DNA of 64,000 nucleotides from the human T2T-CHM13v2.0 reference genome, Homo sapiens: assembly GCF_009914755.1 (NCBI RefSeq), contig NC_060928.1, one strand, 5' to 3'. A program made the translations under genes and the position numbers. Positions 51,901-64,000 of the stretch are shown in pieces (the first letter of the stretch is position 1; the number at the start of each line of letters is the position of its first letter). The notes beneath the pieces are model-generated. The model ran no database searches, was not told the DNA's origin, and was given only the letters and a program-made list of their open reading frames with translations.

Positions 51901-52439
51901 ATTCTTTAATTATTTATTATTGACTATTTGGTGATTTAATGACTATAATAAGCCTTGACACCAGAAAAATACACATATTTGCTTATACAAAACTTGCTTT
52001 GCTACAGAGTCAAAAACAACTCATTTCTACTTGTGAATGTACATTAGGTTATTCCCCCAAGTAGAGTAACTTGGGTAGAATCACATTTTCATTGGAGCTA
52101 TTGGTTCTAATAGATTTTCATATGTAACTTAAAAGCAGAAGATAATAAATGAAGAGGAGATAATAGACTCTAATAAAAATTAACCCACTCAAAGCCTGAG
52201 ATTTCTTTAATTTCTGTGGTTTAAAGAAATCCAAATTGTATTTTATATATATATATATATATCACATATATCTATTTACTGCAACATAAAATCACATTGC
52301 GAATTATTTTCCATCTAAAACTCATATTTATCTTACAGTTTTACATGTCATCTTCATAATAATGGATATCACCCCCTGCCTGCTAATCCTCTGGGTGTGA
52401 GATTATATTGAGAACTACTGAATAAGAGACCAGTTCAAA

Positions 52440-52870
52440 TAATGTTAAAATTATCCTCCTTAGCCTGAATGATGGAATCCTGCATGATCTGACCCTTCTA
52501 TAGTTGTATCTCTTACTCATCCCTTCCTAGCATTAAAATACCTAGTCCAGTCTCAAACTCCCTCCAGAACTCTGTCTGTTCTCTTCTCCATGTGTTTGTA
52601 CACATGATAGTCCACTGCCCACATGTACTCACTCCCTTCACTGCACCATCTCTTATTCATCCTTTCAGACTATGTCAATGAGTCTTCTGGAAGCCTTTTC
52701 TCAACCTCTGGGTCTACCACTGACATTATATTTATTTATTACACATTAGTCATCTCTTTATGAGTCTGTGTCTTCTTCTAGCTCCATAATCCATCTTCAT
52801 TGTCTCTCATGTGTCCCAGGAGAAGGCCTGGAATATAATAGATTCTCAGTTAATACTGGTTGAAGTAAAC
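52440..52870 (+). mobile_element. L2 3' fragment
   Basis: ctccttagcctg...ctgcatgatctgaccc...tcttattcatcctttcagac...ggcctggaatataatagattctcagttaatactggttgaa. Confidence 0.75.
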
Positions 52871-55174
52871 TTATTTGAGCACAGTAGAATTAACTTGACA
52901 ATCACTGATGACAGCACTGGTAAAAGTAACTTTTTTGATGTATTCTGGCATTGAGGAGAGGAGTACATACATGTGGGTAGAGGTCAGGCACACCAACTAG
53001 GAAGCTACCACTTATGGTTCAGGAATGGGTTAATATCAGCCAGCACTAACGCGGGAATAGGTGGGGTGAAACAGAAGAAGCAAATTTAAGAGGCAAGCCT
53101 TGGAAAATGAGACAGAGGCAAAACAAGGAGCCAAAGTTATCCCTGAAGTTTCCAGGCTGAATGATGGTGAATGAAACTGGACCAGTCTTTAGTTGTGTTA
53201 AAAGGACCTCCTAGATTTGTCTCCCTGAAGGGAGAGGGTACATGTATAGGCTGCTGCAGGGGCAGTGGTAGTGGACAGAAGTCATTTCGAAAGGGGAAGA
53301 TGGAAGCAAAGCTTAGAAACCAGCTACAAAGAAACCAGAGAGCTTTAATATTAGTGGACAAAATGAAGGCCGCTTGCTGAAACCAAGAGCCTTCTACATC
53401 AGAGAGAGTCAGGTTGAAGATGAACCTTATAGTGGCAGCAGGAGGGAAAGGAAGCTTGTCATCCTCCTGGCGGATGCTCCATTAGGCATCCCAAGACAGC
53501 CATTAACAACCAGTGAAGTTGAGTCTAAGCCAGCCCAGGGTGGAACCCACAACGGTCTCTCATCACACCCACACTCCCAAGGCACAGCTTCACAAGCAGC
53601 ATTATTTCCAAGTTCAAAAGTCCTATTATTGCCACTTTAAAAACTGCTCTAACATCTATAAAATTCCAATATTAATTTCTCTTTGTTTCAATGCCAATTT
53701 TGTTTAAGACCAATTTAGTTGTATACTCATTATTATCGCCTGTGTTCTGTTTCCATGCCGTGATCTCAGTCCACTCCAGTTGACAAGGAAATCACCCAAC
53801 TAGCTTTACTATTTGAATTGAGCCAGTTTAACCTCCAAAATAATTTCCTGTATGGACAGAAATTTTCTTAACTGGAAACTAAATTGAATGAGGCAAGAAC
53901 CTGCTATCTCCCGTGGGCTTCTTCCAAATGGCAACTTTTGCCTATTATACCATAGGACGTCAGCCTCTGCTAACAATCTCCTGTGGGCCCCTCTCTTATC
54001 TGTGTCCTGATTGTGTCTTCTTCCTTCATGGACTTATTTAAATGAGTACTCTCAGCTGGGGTTTTTCCTCAGGAAGCCTGTGCCAGAGCTGGCCTAGAGG
54101 TGAGGTTGGGCAGTCCCTAGATATGTGGAGTGATAGAAACACAGCCATAAGTACTTCCTGAAAAACACATTTATTCATTTATTCCTTTGTTCATTTTCTT
54201 ATTCGTTCATACATGTATTCATTCTCTAATTATGCATTCCTCCTTTATAGTTAATATTTCCTGGGTATTACTTAAGTCCCATCCATTGCATTCACAATGT
54301 TTGGTAGATCTGAAGGATAGTCAGGAGTGGAATAAGAGAAAAATATAAGGAATATGGGAATAAAGGAAACAGACAAAGTGGTACTCAAGCTGTGGTCTAT
54401 CAAAGACAACATGCATTTTAAAGTTTCACATTCCTGGGTTCACTTTGCATCAACTGATTCAGAACACTAAGATGAAGACCCAGGAATATTTATTTTACAT
54501 CCACGGCCAAATTTTCTTACACACGTTAACACGTGTGAACCCCTGCAGTATAGAAAGAAAGAGGATAAGGACAAATTTGGAAATCAAAGATGAGCTTAGA
54601 AATAATTTGTTAAATAATGCTGAATCTTTAAAAATATATATTTGTTTAAGTGCTTAAGGCTGAGAACAAACATGAAGATATTACACTTTTGTAAAAATAC
54701 AGACCAAGATTGGATCCTCTTATTTTATATATGACGTGAGGTGACTTGTTTAATGCCATAGAACTTTGATTTCTCATAATTTTGTTTCCAAACAAGAGTA
54801 AGATAATTATAGGGAATTTATTTTACATCTTATATAGAGAAAAACTACCAAATACAAAAGAGTATATTTAATTATGGGGGGGAACATCTGCCCATAAATA
54901 ATATAAATGTATACATTAACATCTTTTTTGGAATTTTTGCCTGAATTTCCAGGAATCTAGATTTTCTCTTTTTATTAAATTTAAATTTAAATTAATTAAA
55001 TTAAATTTAATTTTTATTTAAATATAGGTTTTATTTTTATTCTTTTTATAGTCACACAAGTGGATATACCTCTGAAATTACTTTTTTAGAATTTATTTTA
55101 TTTTAAGTTCAGTGGTACATGTGTTGAAGTGAACTTAGTTTAAGCTTGTTGATTTACTTAGAAACAAAACAAAA

Positions 55175-55460
55175 CAAAAACACTGATTGAGCACTACTGT
55201 AGGTCCCGAAGATACAGTGGTGGGTGAATCATGGTCTCTGCATTTGAAAAGCTGAAAAATGAATAGGCAAATAAAACATAATTGGTAAATAATGTGATGG
55301 GATAACATGGGGCCTCATGAGGAGATGGAGTTAGCCAAGGGAGCCTTCTTGGAGAAGATGATGGCTAAGCCAGGGTTTGAGAAACTAGTCGATATTAACC
55401 AGGAACATTGAGTAAATGTGTGTCCAATGTGAAGGAAAGTCAATGGGAGTGTGAAGTAGA
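55175..55460 (-). mobile_element. L2 fragment
   Basis: aacactgattgagcactactgt...gatacagtggtgggtga...gccttcttggagaagatgatggctaagc. Confidence 0.7.
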
Positions 55461-55884
55461 ATATCTCCACAATATTCCATCTTTGTTCACTTCTGTCTAT
55501 GCAGCTCACCTGCTTTCTTCCCCCACTTTGTAGACTGATCCAAAATCAAAATAAAAACAAAAGCAATGACTAAACAATCACAAAATGAATTTGCTTAGGC
55601 CCCAAACACCCTTATTTTGAAAGCTGCCGTGATTTTAAAGCCTCTGTCCTCAGTTCTATCTAATTCTCTGAGCCTTGCCTAGACTCTCAGTATCTGTGTG
55701 GGCCACCTGGGTGATTGCTATTTCTGGGTCCTCTCTGACACCTTGTCTGTCTCTGTTTTCTGTTTTATTCTTGGGTCCTGCCTGCAGTCATGCTTCGGTT
55801 TTACCTTCTGAATTCTGCTTTACCATAGTGGTTTACATGTGACATCATTCAAAATCTGGCTCTTTCTGGGTTAGCAATGAACCG

Positions 55885-55915
<31 letters not shown>

Positions 55916-55919
55916 TTTT
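55885..55919. repeat. (TA)n(T)n microsatellite
   Basis: Direct reading. Confidence 0.9.
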
Positions 55920-57504
55920 CCTGAGGCACGTTGTTGGATGACTTCACTCATATTTGTTCTACTTCAAGCCAGTCTGTACCAGGCTTCATCTGATTACTTT
56001 ATTCTACAACTGAGCCAAATACATAATTAAGTGGGTGTAACCAATGAGTTGCTAAGACTCCAGGAATTGACATTTCTTTGTTTGGGGAAATGAGAAAAAA
56101 AAATGCACTATTAAAACATAATGCATGGGATTAACAACACATAAAATCGTCCTTTAAATCTGCTTTCTCATCTCAGAAATAAAATCAAACACGTAAAAAT
56201 GGCTGCCTCAGCTTCTTGAATGATGTTAGATATTAAGAAAGAAAAAAAGTAAGGATATGTTCATTTCTAATTGTAAGTGTCAATTTCAATCAATTGAACT
56301 ATTTATTAGGGACAATGTTCCGTCCTGGTCCTTTGCCTTTAACTCAAGCACCCCACTGCTTTCTCAAAGTAAAAATCCTATTCTGCCAAAGTGAATATTT
56401 GTTTTGGAAGTTGAGGGCCAATATCCTCACTCTTCTTCTGGTAAGCGCTTTTCTCGATTCCCACTTTCTGACTCTGGGGCATGGATGAGCTTACCTTATT
56501 TTCATTTTTAGTGGCTGGCTCATGAATGAATGTACGATCCAATTTTGGGTAATGAGTGTCAGACCTAGGACTTGTATTTGAATTTTTAAGAACAAATCCC
56601 TTCTTTGTTACAAACTTGGAGTTGGGGTCAAGCATGTTGTTGGCATTCATTTTACCTGAGAATAAACAGGGCCAACTAAGTGAAAAACAGGTGAGAGGTG
56701 AGAGATACGGTGTCCTGAAAATTTCCTTGAGCCTGTGAATCTAGCCATTCTTTGAAGGCAAAGCTTCCCTAGTTTTTAAGAGTATAAAACGCTGATTCTG
56801 GTTCATGTTTACGTTATGGTTTTTGAGGCTGTTTGATTAAGATCATTTAGATCTTTGGAAAATGAAACTAAAAGAGTTTTGCTTAATGTACTTGAGAAAA
56901 TTTACTCAATCCTATTTTCTCCCGATGCTTTCCCAAATCTTTTACATTGATCTTAATCCGCAGTCCCATTTCCTTGTGTTGATGAATGTGGATTGTCTGT
57001 CAGAGCACCCTATGTAGTTTATTTTACAGGATAGCTACTTTTGCATAAGTGTGTCTTCCCCAGTACATTCTTACAACTTGGAGGATAAGGACTACACACA
57101 TTCATCTACCCATACACACAGTGAAACACATGTGTAGCTTAAATAAAACAGACATTCTCCAAGGATTTCTCCAATTATAATAATTGATTGGGCTTCAAAA
57201 ACTCAAGGTTGAATTTCAGCTTCTAACTTGATGAGAATGGCTGTCTTAATTCTGTCATTTTTTGTTAATTTTACTTCCAGGAAGTCAGGGCTGTGATTTG
57301 AGGCTTTTTTCTCTAAGCTTCTGTGATGGAGATGAATTTATTAAAGTGGGGCCATAATGTCTTTTTGAGCAACATTAAAACTGAGTCATCAGAATTAGGA
57401 AGTATCAGAAGTCAAGATCAATTTTCAAGAACAGGAGCATAAAATTCGAACTCAATCTGTGTTAACATTAAGAGATTTAGAAGCTCATTCAGACTGATAA
57501 CTAA

Positions 57505-57639
57505 CGAATAATATAGCTTTCATTTGTTGGAGACTTTATGTGAGCCAGCCAGTTATACATGTTATTTATAATCCCCACAGTAACACTGCAAGGTAGTTAT
57601 CAACTCTATTTTGCAGTTGAGGAAATTGAGGCTAAGAAA
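57505..57639 (-). mobile_element. MIR, interrupted by MLT1H and resuming at about 58210-58290
   Basis: aatccccacagtaacactgcaaggtag...tattttgcagttgaggaaattgaggctaaga | gtaactc...gatacagagct. Confidence 0.7.
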
Positions 57640-58202
57640 TATGCCATTTAACTTTTGCTGCATAACAAACTACCCCAAAAGCTAATGGTTTAAAACAATA
57701 TGCATCTTTTGTGTCTCAGCATTTTGAGGTCCCAGTGAGTAGCTCTTCTGGTCTGGATTAGTTCAGCTATCTGCAGTCTGCTAACATATCTGGTGCTAGA
57801 TGATCTACAATGACTTTACCCACTTAGTAAATCTAGTTGATGGTAGGTTTTGTTCAGGTACCCTCAACTCTCCTCCATGAGACTGGTGTGAAAAGCTGCC
57901 TTGAGCTCAATCATGTCATGGACTCAAGTTTTCAAGCACAGCAAGAGAGGAAAAGCCCCAGTAATTGAGCATTTTTTCAAATATATGCTTGTGTTAAATT
58001 TTCTAATTTAAAAATTTTCCATTTTAAAATTTCTAACTTCTAGTTGACCAAACAATTCAGATGACCATTCCCAGATTTGAGAAGTAGAGAAATAGAGTCA
58101 TGTCAAGAGAGGAGGAATGGCTCAGTTGCAATTCAAAGGGGTGTGCATATGATGACCAGAAGAATTACTGTGATTAATTTAAAAAAAAAATGAATTCTAC
58201 CA
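57640..58202 (-). mobile_element. MLT1H-like MaLR LTR
   Basis: ttttgctgcataacaaactaccccaaaa...gcacagcaagagaggaaaagcccca...caaaggggtgtgcata. Confidence 0.75.
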
Positions 58203-58549
58203 AAAAAAAAGTAACTCAACTAATGATACAGAGCTCATACTAAAGCACAAAAGAGCTTGACTTAAAAACATGATAGTTAGTATTCTATATTTTATGAGAC
58301 TGACTCACACACACCAGAAAAAAAAAACACACAAACAAACAAAAAGAAACCAAAAAAGCACCTAGCTAAGGGCACAGTTGTAATTCATCCTACAGAGTGC
58401 ATTTTTTTTATATTTTCTGTTCCCAGCAGGGCTTCTTCTTTCACCACACCAGTGTTTGTGTCTCCCTGGATCAAATGAGAATGTCTATGTCTAGATCACT
58501 TGTTGGAGAAATCGTCTTTAATGAATATCTCATCTGTAGTGGTATTCAG

Positions 58550-58744
58550 TAGCAAAAGTCACATGTAAGAATGGCCCAAACTCAAGTTTAAGACAATAGG
58601 GAGATAAAGCGTCTGTGGCAATATGAAGCATCTGCCCCATCTAAAAGTATCCAAATTAGGGAAAAAAAGCACAACACTCTATTGCCCAAAGTAAATCTGT
58701 CTCGGAGCCAGAAATGGCCGACAACTACCTGTTTGTGGTCTCTG
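58550..58744 (+). mobile_element. MER103-like hAT-Charlie
   Basis: taagacaatagggag...ctgtggcaa...tgccccatctaaaagtatccaaatt...caacactct...gtttgtggtctctg. Confidence 0.65.
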
Positions 58745-59709
58745 CCATATAAACACCTACCTACTCGTACCTGGAATTAGCAACATTCCAACAAAAACTG
58801 TCCCCCCAGAGTCCTGTCCTTCTACAACTGAGACATGGAGAAGTGGGAATCTTTTCAAAAGAAACCCCGATGGGCTTTTTGGTAATGGTGAGATAACCAG
58901 CATATCTGCATCTTCACAGGGTCCTGTCATTTGATGCGTCCAGCAGAGGGATTGTCTGTTCAGGAAGTCACATAGACACTGAGGCTGAGTGAGACATCAT
59001 TCTCCACCTGAGATGTGGGTTCATGTGTCATGAAAACTGCCAGGTAGAGGAAATATACCCCTAGATTCACACACACAAAAGGCCTGGAGGTTCAGTTTGT
59101 CAGCCGTCAAAGGGCAATGGAAAGCTGTGTGCTTTTTCTCTAAAACTGTGAGAAAACCAAGAATTTAATACCTCCGTTCCAACTTCAAACCAATCAAACA
59201 TTGGCAGTTTGGGATTGTTTTATTTTGAGGCTTTAGCTTATCTCCGTGGGATAAAAGCCTTTCCAAACTGGCTTTAACTAAAAATGTCATCAATCCCAGC
59301 TGCTCACTGGTTAGCAAAAAGAGTGGTAACAGAAGGTCCCTTTTGATAGTCCCCTTCCATAATATCATTATCCAAATTTGCATGGCAAAGATGTGGGAGC
59401 TATTTATATGTTGATTATTACAGTGCTGCAGTTTATATTTTTCCCAGCACAGTTGAAAATTATATTTAGAAAGGCTGACTTCATCTTTAAATATATATTA
59501 TAGCTCTCATTTGATGGAGATGAGATGTTGAAATACATGCCACCTACTCAACGTCTCAGAAAAATGGCATAGATATTTCACACATGGTTATATATAAACG
59601 TGTACACTGGCATGGAACTGAACTGGCAGCTATAAGACTTTGAAGGAGTTTTGTGGGCTCTGGTTTTTGCCTTCTCAGTTTGCTCTTTATTTAAAAAGGA
59701 GGGTGGGCA

Positions 59710-59940
59710 CTGTGATTTGGTTGTAAGAACAGGGCTTCATAGCCAGAAAGTATGGGTTCTGAATTCTAGCTCTGCTAGAATAGTAGAATAGTAGCTGTGT
59801 GATTCTGAAAAAGATACTTATCCACTGTAAACATCTATATTTCTCAAGTATAAGATGTCACTGAGTGCTCACTTGAGAGATATTAGAAGTAAATTGTGCA
59901 GCACAGTTAACAGTTAATGAAAAAGAATGGTTAGCATTAT
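59710..59940 (+). mobile_element. MIR
   Basis: taagaacagggcttcatagccaga...tgggttctgaattctagctctgc...tagctgtgtgattctg. Confidence 0.7.
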
Positions 59941-59981
59941 GAAACATTTTCCCAACAATGGAATGCATGCTTTACATAAAT

Positions 59982-60625
59982 TGTGATGGTTAATTTTGTG
60001 TGTCAACTTGATTGGACCATGGGGTGCAAAGATATTTGATCAAACAGTATTCTTGGGTGGCTTTGGATGAGATTAATATCAAAATCAGTAGAATGAGGAA
60101 AGAAGATTGCCCTCCCTAATGTAGGTAGGCCTCACCCAATCAGTTGAAGGTCTAAATTGAACAAAGTAGTTGACCCTCTCCTGAGTAAGGTAACTTTTCC
60201 TTCTTGGCTGCCTTTGAAATAGAAACATCTGCATTTTTTTCTTGTCTTTGGACTGAACGTTTGCTCTTCTTGGGTTTTATCAGCTTTTGAATAGGAATCA
60301 TACCATCAGTTCTTCTAGTTCTCAGGGCTTCAGGCTACACCTGGGACTAAATCATGCACTCTCCCAGAACTCCACTTGCAGACTCACCCTGCAGTTCTTG
60401 AGACTTGCCAGTCTTCATAATCATGTGAGCCAATTCTTTATAATAAATCTTTCTCTCTCTCTCTCCCCATACATATAGATAGATAGATATAAAGATATAG
60501 ATAGATAGATTAGATAGATAGATATGTGTCTGTGTGTGTATATATATGTATATGTAGGTATAAATGTACAGTATATATATCATATGTTTCTTATTCTGTT
60601 TCTTTGCAGAACTCTGAAAAATACA
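59982..60625 (+). mobile_element. MLT2B/D (ERVL) solo LTR with an internal CT/GATA/TA simple repeat (60441-60580)
   Basis: tgtgatggttaattttgtgtgtcaacttga...gattgccctccctaatgtaggtaggcctcacccaatcagttgaagg...tgcagaactctgaaaaataca. Confidence 0.9.
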
Positions 60626-60689
60626 CAGATTATTCACTTAAGTATTTTGTTTCCTAGGATAATTTATTAAGATAGAAGATATTGCTCTA

Positions 60690-60830
60690 AGTTTCCCTAT
60701 CCTTATCCTGTTTAAGAGATGACGAAATTGAGGCCTCCAGAAGCAAAATAATATGTTCTAAGGATATATAGGCATGACCTGGTGGAGGCAGAATTTGAAA
60801 CTTGGAAACCCGATGTTATATTTTACCCAT
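60690..60830 (-). mobile_element. MIR
   Basis: ttatcctgtttaagagatgacgaaattgaggcctccagaag...ggtggaggcagaatttgaaac. Confidence 0.7.
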
Positions 60831-62460
60831 TTAACTACTTCCTTAACTTGTCTAGAGGTTAGACAAAGTTAGCTGCTGTCCCAACCCTGAGAAGATTCTG
60901 GAAGCCTGAACTCACAGTGAATCACAACCAAGGGCACTGTAAGATAACAGCCCACCTCAGGACAATGTGTAAGGAGCATCTGACTGTAGTGTGGTGGGGT
61001 GCAGAGCAAGCGATAAAACCTGCAGGCATAACTCCGTGGAGTGTAGTTGGAACTGGGTAATATTTTGATTTCTCTAGCCCATCAATCTCCACCCATCTAT
61101 CTTGAACCTGGAATCTGACTGCTGACTCAGGTTAGATTTGTGTTTGCAATTCTGTGGCACATCTGAGAGACCATGGCCCAGGAGGGATATTCATAACTCA
61201 AATTTAATCAAATTTGTTTTAATTCTATAAGAAAGCAAATTTAAAATAGCATTTTCTTTCTTAGCTTTTAAGTGTCAGAGTCCACAATTTCACCAACAGG
61301 GCTTCATAGTTTAGAGTGATTAAAAATTAAATTTTTGATATATATGCCAGCTTTCATTATTCAATGAGAAAAGCTAGATATTAAAGATAAATGTACCTCT
61401 TGAAGGATTATAGTACCATCATATTTAATAATGTGAGGCCCCTAAATGACATTTAGGTGTTGTATTTTGCCAAACTTGACTATTATAAAAAATTCTTTGA
61501 AAATCATTTACCCCACAAATGGAAATAAAAATACAGCTGCAAGTGCTAAGAGTAGTGAGATGACATTTTATTTTTTATAAACTAGTTGGCAAAAAATCAA
61601 GTTTTATAAGCACATATGCCTGTCCTGAGCTTTTAAGGAGTCAGTTTTATGTTTCATGCCATTCTCTCTTCTTGCCTAGTTAGCAATTTTCAGTTTGAGC
61701 CAAGATCAGTTTTTACATGAAGCTCAGAGGTAAAACATTTTATATAACATTTGCATAGACATAATTGTTTCTACACGTTTCTTCCCCACTACCCCCCATG
61801 GACTGCATATCATTGTCAAAGTGATTGGTTTGAAACCTCACTCTCAATGTGTCATGCCTTGGTTCAAGAAAAAGGCTCTATTTCATTAAAACAAAATGTT
61901 TCATGCTGGCATCCATGGTCCTATATAATCTTTTGTAGTTATAATGAGAATAATTTCCTTTTTTTATAAAAGAGGTTTTTTTAAATCTTTTTTTTTCCCT
62001 CTTTCTTTTTGACTTCTATGAAACCTCAAGGAGAGGTTTGAAGCAGACCATAAATAATAATTGCCTTGGCCTCTGTAGTTCAGAAACAATTGACAATTAA
62101 GATATGAGAGCCATGAAGATTCAGATCAAAGACTCAACATCATTAATATTAAGGTCAATATGAGAACAACATGGCTTGCAATGTCCGTCATGTAGGCCCT
62201 TCAAAGATCCTCTCTCCTTTACTCTAATTTGTCCCCACAAACGGTGGAGAATCCCTTGTAGGGGCAGTTCTTATTCCTGGTTAGCTCACCACACCAGCAA
62301 GAACAGACAAGAATTTGCCCTCTCAGCAAGAAGCTGACTTGAAAAACTGGGAGAATAGGCTGATTCAATATGTCCTTCCTTCTCTCACTCTCCAGTGCAA
62401 GAAATCCAGATCAAGCAGGCATAAGTAGAAAGAAGATGGGTATATTTCTCATTAGAGCTC

Positions 62461-63175
62461 TGTATTAATTTTCCATTGCTGCATTACAAATTACCACAAA
62501 CTTAGGAATATTTAAACCCCTATGAGCTGGCACTTCTATAAGTCAGAAGATTAGAAACAGCATAGCAAAGTTTGCTACTCAGAGTAACAGGCTAGAGTCA
62601 AGACTTGGTGCTCATCTGGCACCTTTGTCCCCCTTGTGCACTTTATTTTTTTCTTTTTTTTGATACAGAGTTTCACTCTTGTTGCCCAGGCGTGCAGTGG
62701 CATGATCTCGGCTCACTGCAACCTCCACCTCCCAGGTTCAAGCAATTATTCTGCCTCAGCTTCCTGAGTAGATGGAATTACAGGCACCTGCCACCATGCC
62801 CAGCTAATTTTTTTGTATTTTAGCAGAGACGGGGGTTTCACCATGTTGGCCAGTCTGGTCTCAAACTCCTGACCTCAGGTGATCCACCCACCTCGGCCTC
62901 CCAAAGTGCTGGGATTACAGGTGTGAGCCACCAGGCCCTGTCCCCTTGTTCACTTGCAAGCTCATTGTTGGTGTTGGAAGAATTTAGTTGCTGTAATTGT
63001 TGGACTGAGATCACTGATTTCTTGTTGGCTGCTACACAGGGGCTACTCTCAGTTACAGGAGGCCACACTCACTCCTTGTCCCATGACCCCCCTTACTTTC
63101 AAGTTAGCAACAATACATCAAATGTGTCTTGTGCTTCAAATCTCTAATTTCTGTCTCTGACCTCTACACCCAGAT
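62461..63175 (-). mobile_element. MLT1E-like MaLR LTR, interrupted by an Alu and cut by an L1
   Basis: tgtattaattttccattgctgcattacaaattaccacaaactt...caagctcattg...gttggaagaatttagtt...ggactgagatc. Confidence 0.8.
62644..62943 (-). mobile_element. AluSq-like
   Basis: gagtttcactcttgttgcccagg; TSD ccttgtgcactt / ccttgttcactt. Confidence 0.95.
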
Positions 63176-63179
63176 TTTT

Positions 63180-64000
63180 TTTAATTGGCTTTTTACATAA
63201 GAACTGTTTTAAATTTATAGTATCATTGTGAATACAGAATAACCTGGTTCCCAATTATTGATATCTTTCATTAGTATGGGATGTTTGTCACAAATAAAGA
63301 ACCAATGCTGACATATTATTAACTAAACTCCCTATTTAACCAGAACTCTCGTTTTTTTTTTTTTTTTTCTAAGGTATTTTTTTTCTGTTACAGAGTTCAT
63401 CCATTATGCCACACTGTATTTAGTAAGCATGGATTTTAGTCCTCTTGGTCATAACAATTTCTTAGATTTGCCTACTTTTGATGACCTTGACAGTTTTGAG
63501 AACTACTAATTGGGTATTTTGTAGAATGTCCCACAATTGAGGCTTGTCTAATGTTTTTATCATGATGAGACTGGTGCAATGTGTTTATAGATGGAAGACC
63601 ACAAGTAAGAAGCAATCCTTAACACATTTTATCAAGTATACTTACTATCAACGTGACTTATTACCATTGATGTTAAACTTGGCCATTTGGCTTGAGGTAG
63701 TGTTTATTTGTACTTACTTTTTCATTCTCCCATTTCACTACTATATTATTGAAAAGTAAGTTAGAAAATATGGTCCACATGTAGAGATGGAAAGCTAGAC
63801 TTTACCTCTTTCGTGGTAGAGTATGTACATAAACTATTGAAATTCTTATGCATGGAATATTTGTCTCTTCTCTCATTTATTTACTCAGTCATTCATTTAT
63901 ATTTTAGGGACTCATGGATATTTAGTTAACACTTTGGGTTATGGTACAATATTTATTTATCTATTTCATATATCAAATTATTTCAGCTTTAGCCACTGGG
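63180..64000 (-). mobile_element. L1MC/L1MD 3'UTR (continues past the window end)
   Basis: atgaccttgacagttttgag...tattttgtagaatgtcc...gtgacttattaccattgatgttaaactt...ggactcatggatattt. Confidence 0.85.

Noticed and set aside
54974-55011. AT-only quasi-palindrome (attaaatttaa arms)
   Set aside because: Low-complexity A/T sequence produces such symmetry by chance.

Overview
This is AT-rich primate (human-like) non-coding genomic DNA. I find no supportable protein-coding exon, RNA gene, CpG-island promoter or CRISPR array. The ORF track is explained by Alu, MaLR-internal, L1 and simple-repeat open frames. The window is a mosaic of ancient repeats (L2, MIR, L1M, MLT1/MLT2/LTR33/LTR41/MER76, hAT MER20/MER58A/MER107/MER103) and primate repeats (about 16 Alus, two solo THE1/MST LTRs and one full-length THE1 provirus at 30580-32871). 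LTRs occur on both strands, which fits intergenic DNA better than an intron. Family calls come from my recall of consensus sequences, not a database search, so subfamily labels are approximate. I found no convincing new multi-gene system. The most interesting structures are: (1) a 649-bp perfectly alternating purine/pyrimidine minisatellite with a stepwise higher-order architecture and about 37 TACGTG motifs; (2) a recent ~190-bp templated dispersed duplication; (3) a perfect 21-bp hairpin written into an old L1; (4) an L1 insertion with an inverted endonuclease segment under one target-site duplication (TSD); (5) complementary partial PRDM9 motifs and intact DUX4 motifs in the THE1 LTRs; (6) a pair of paralogous MIRs, one with a perfect CTCF core.
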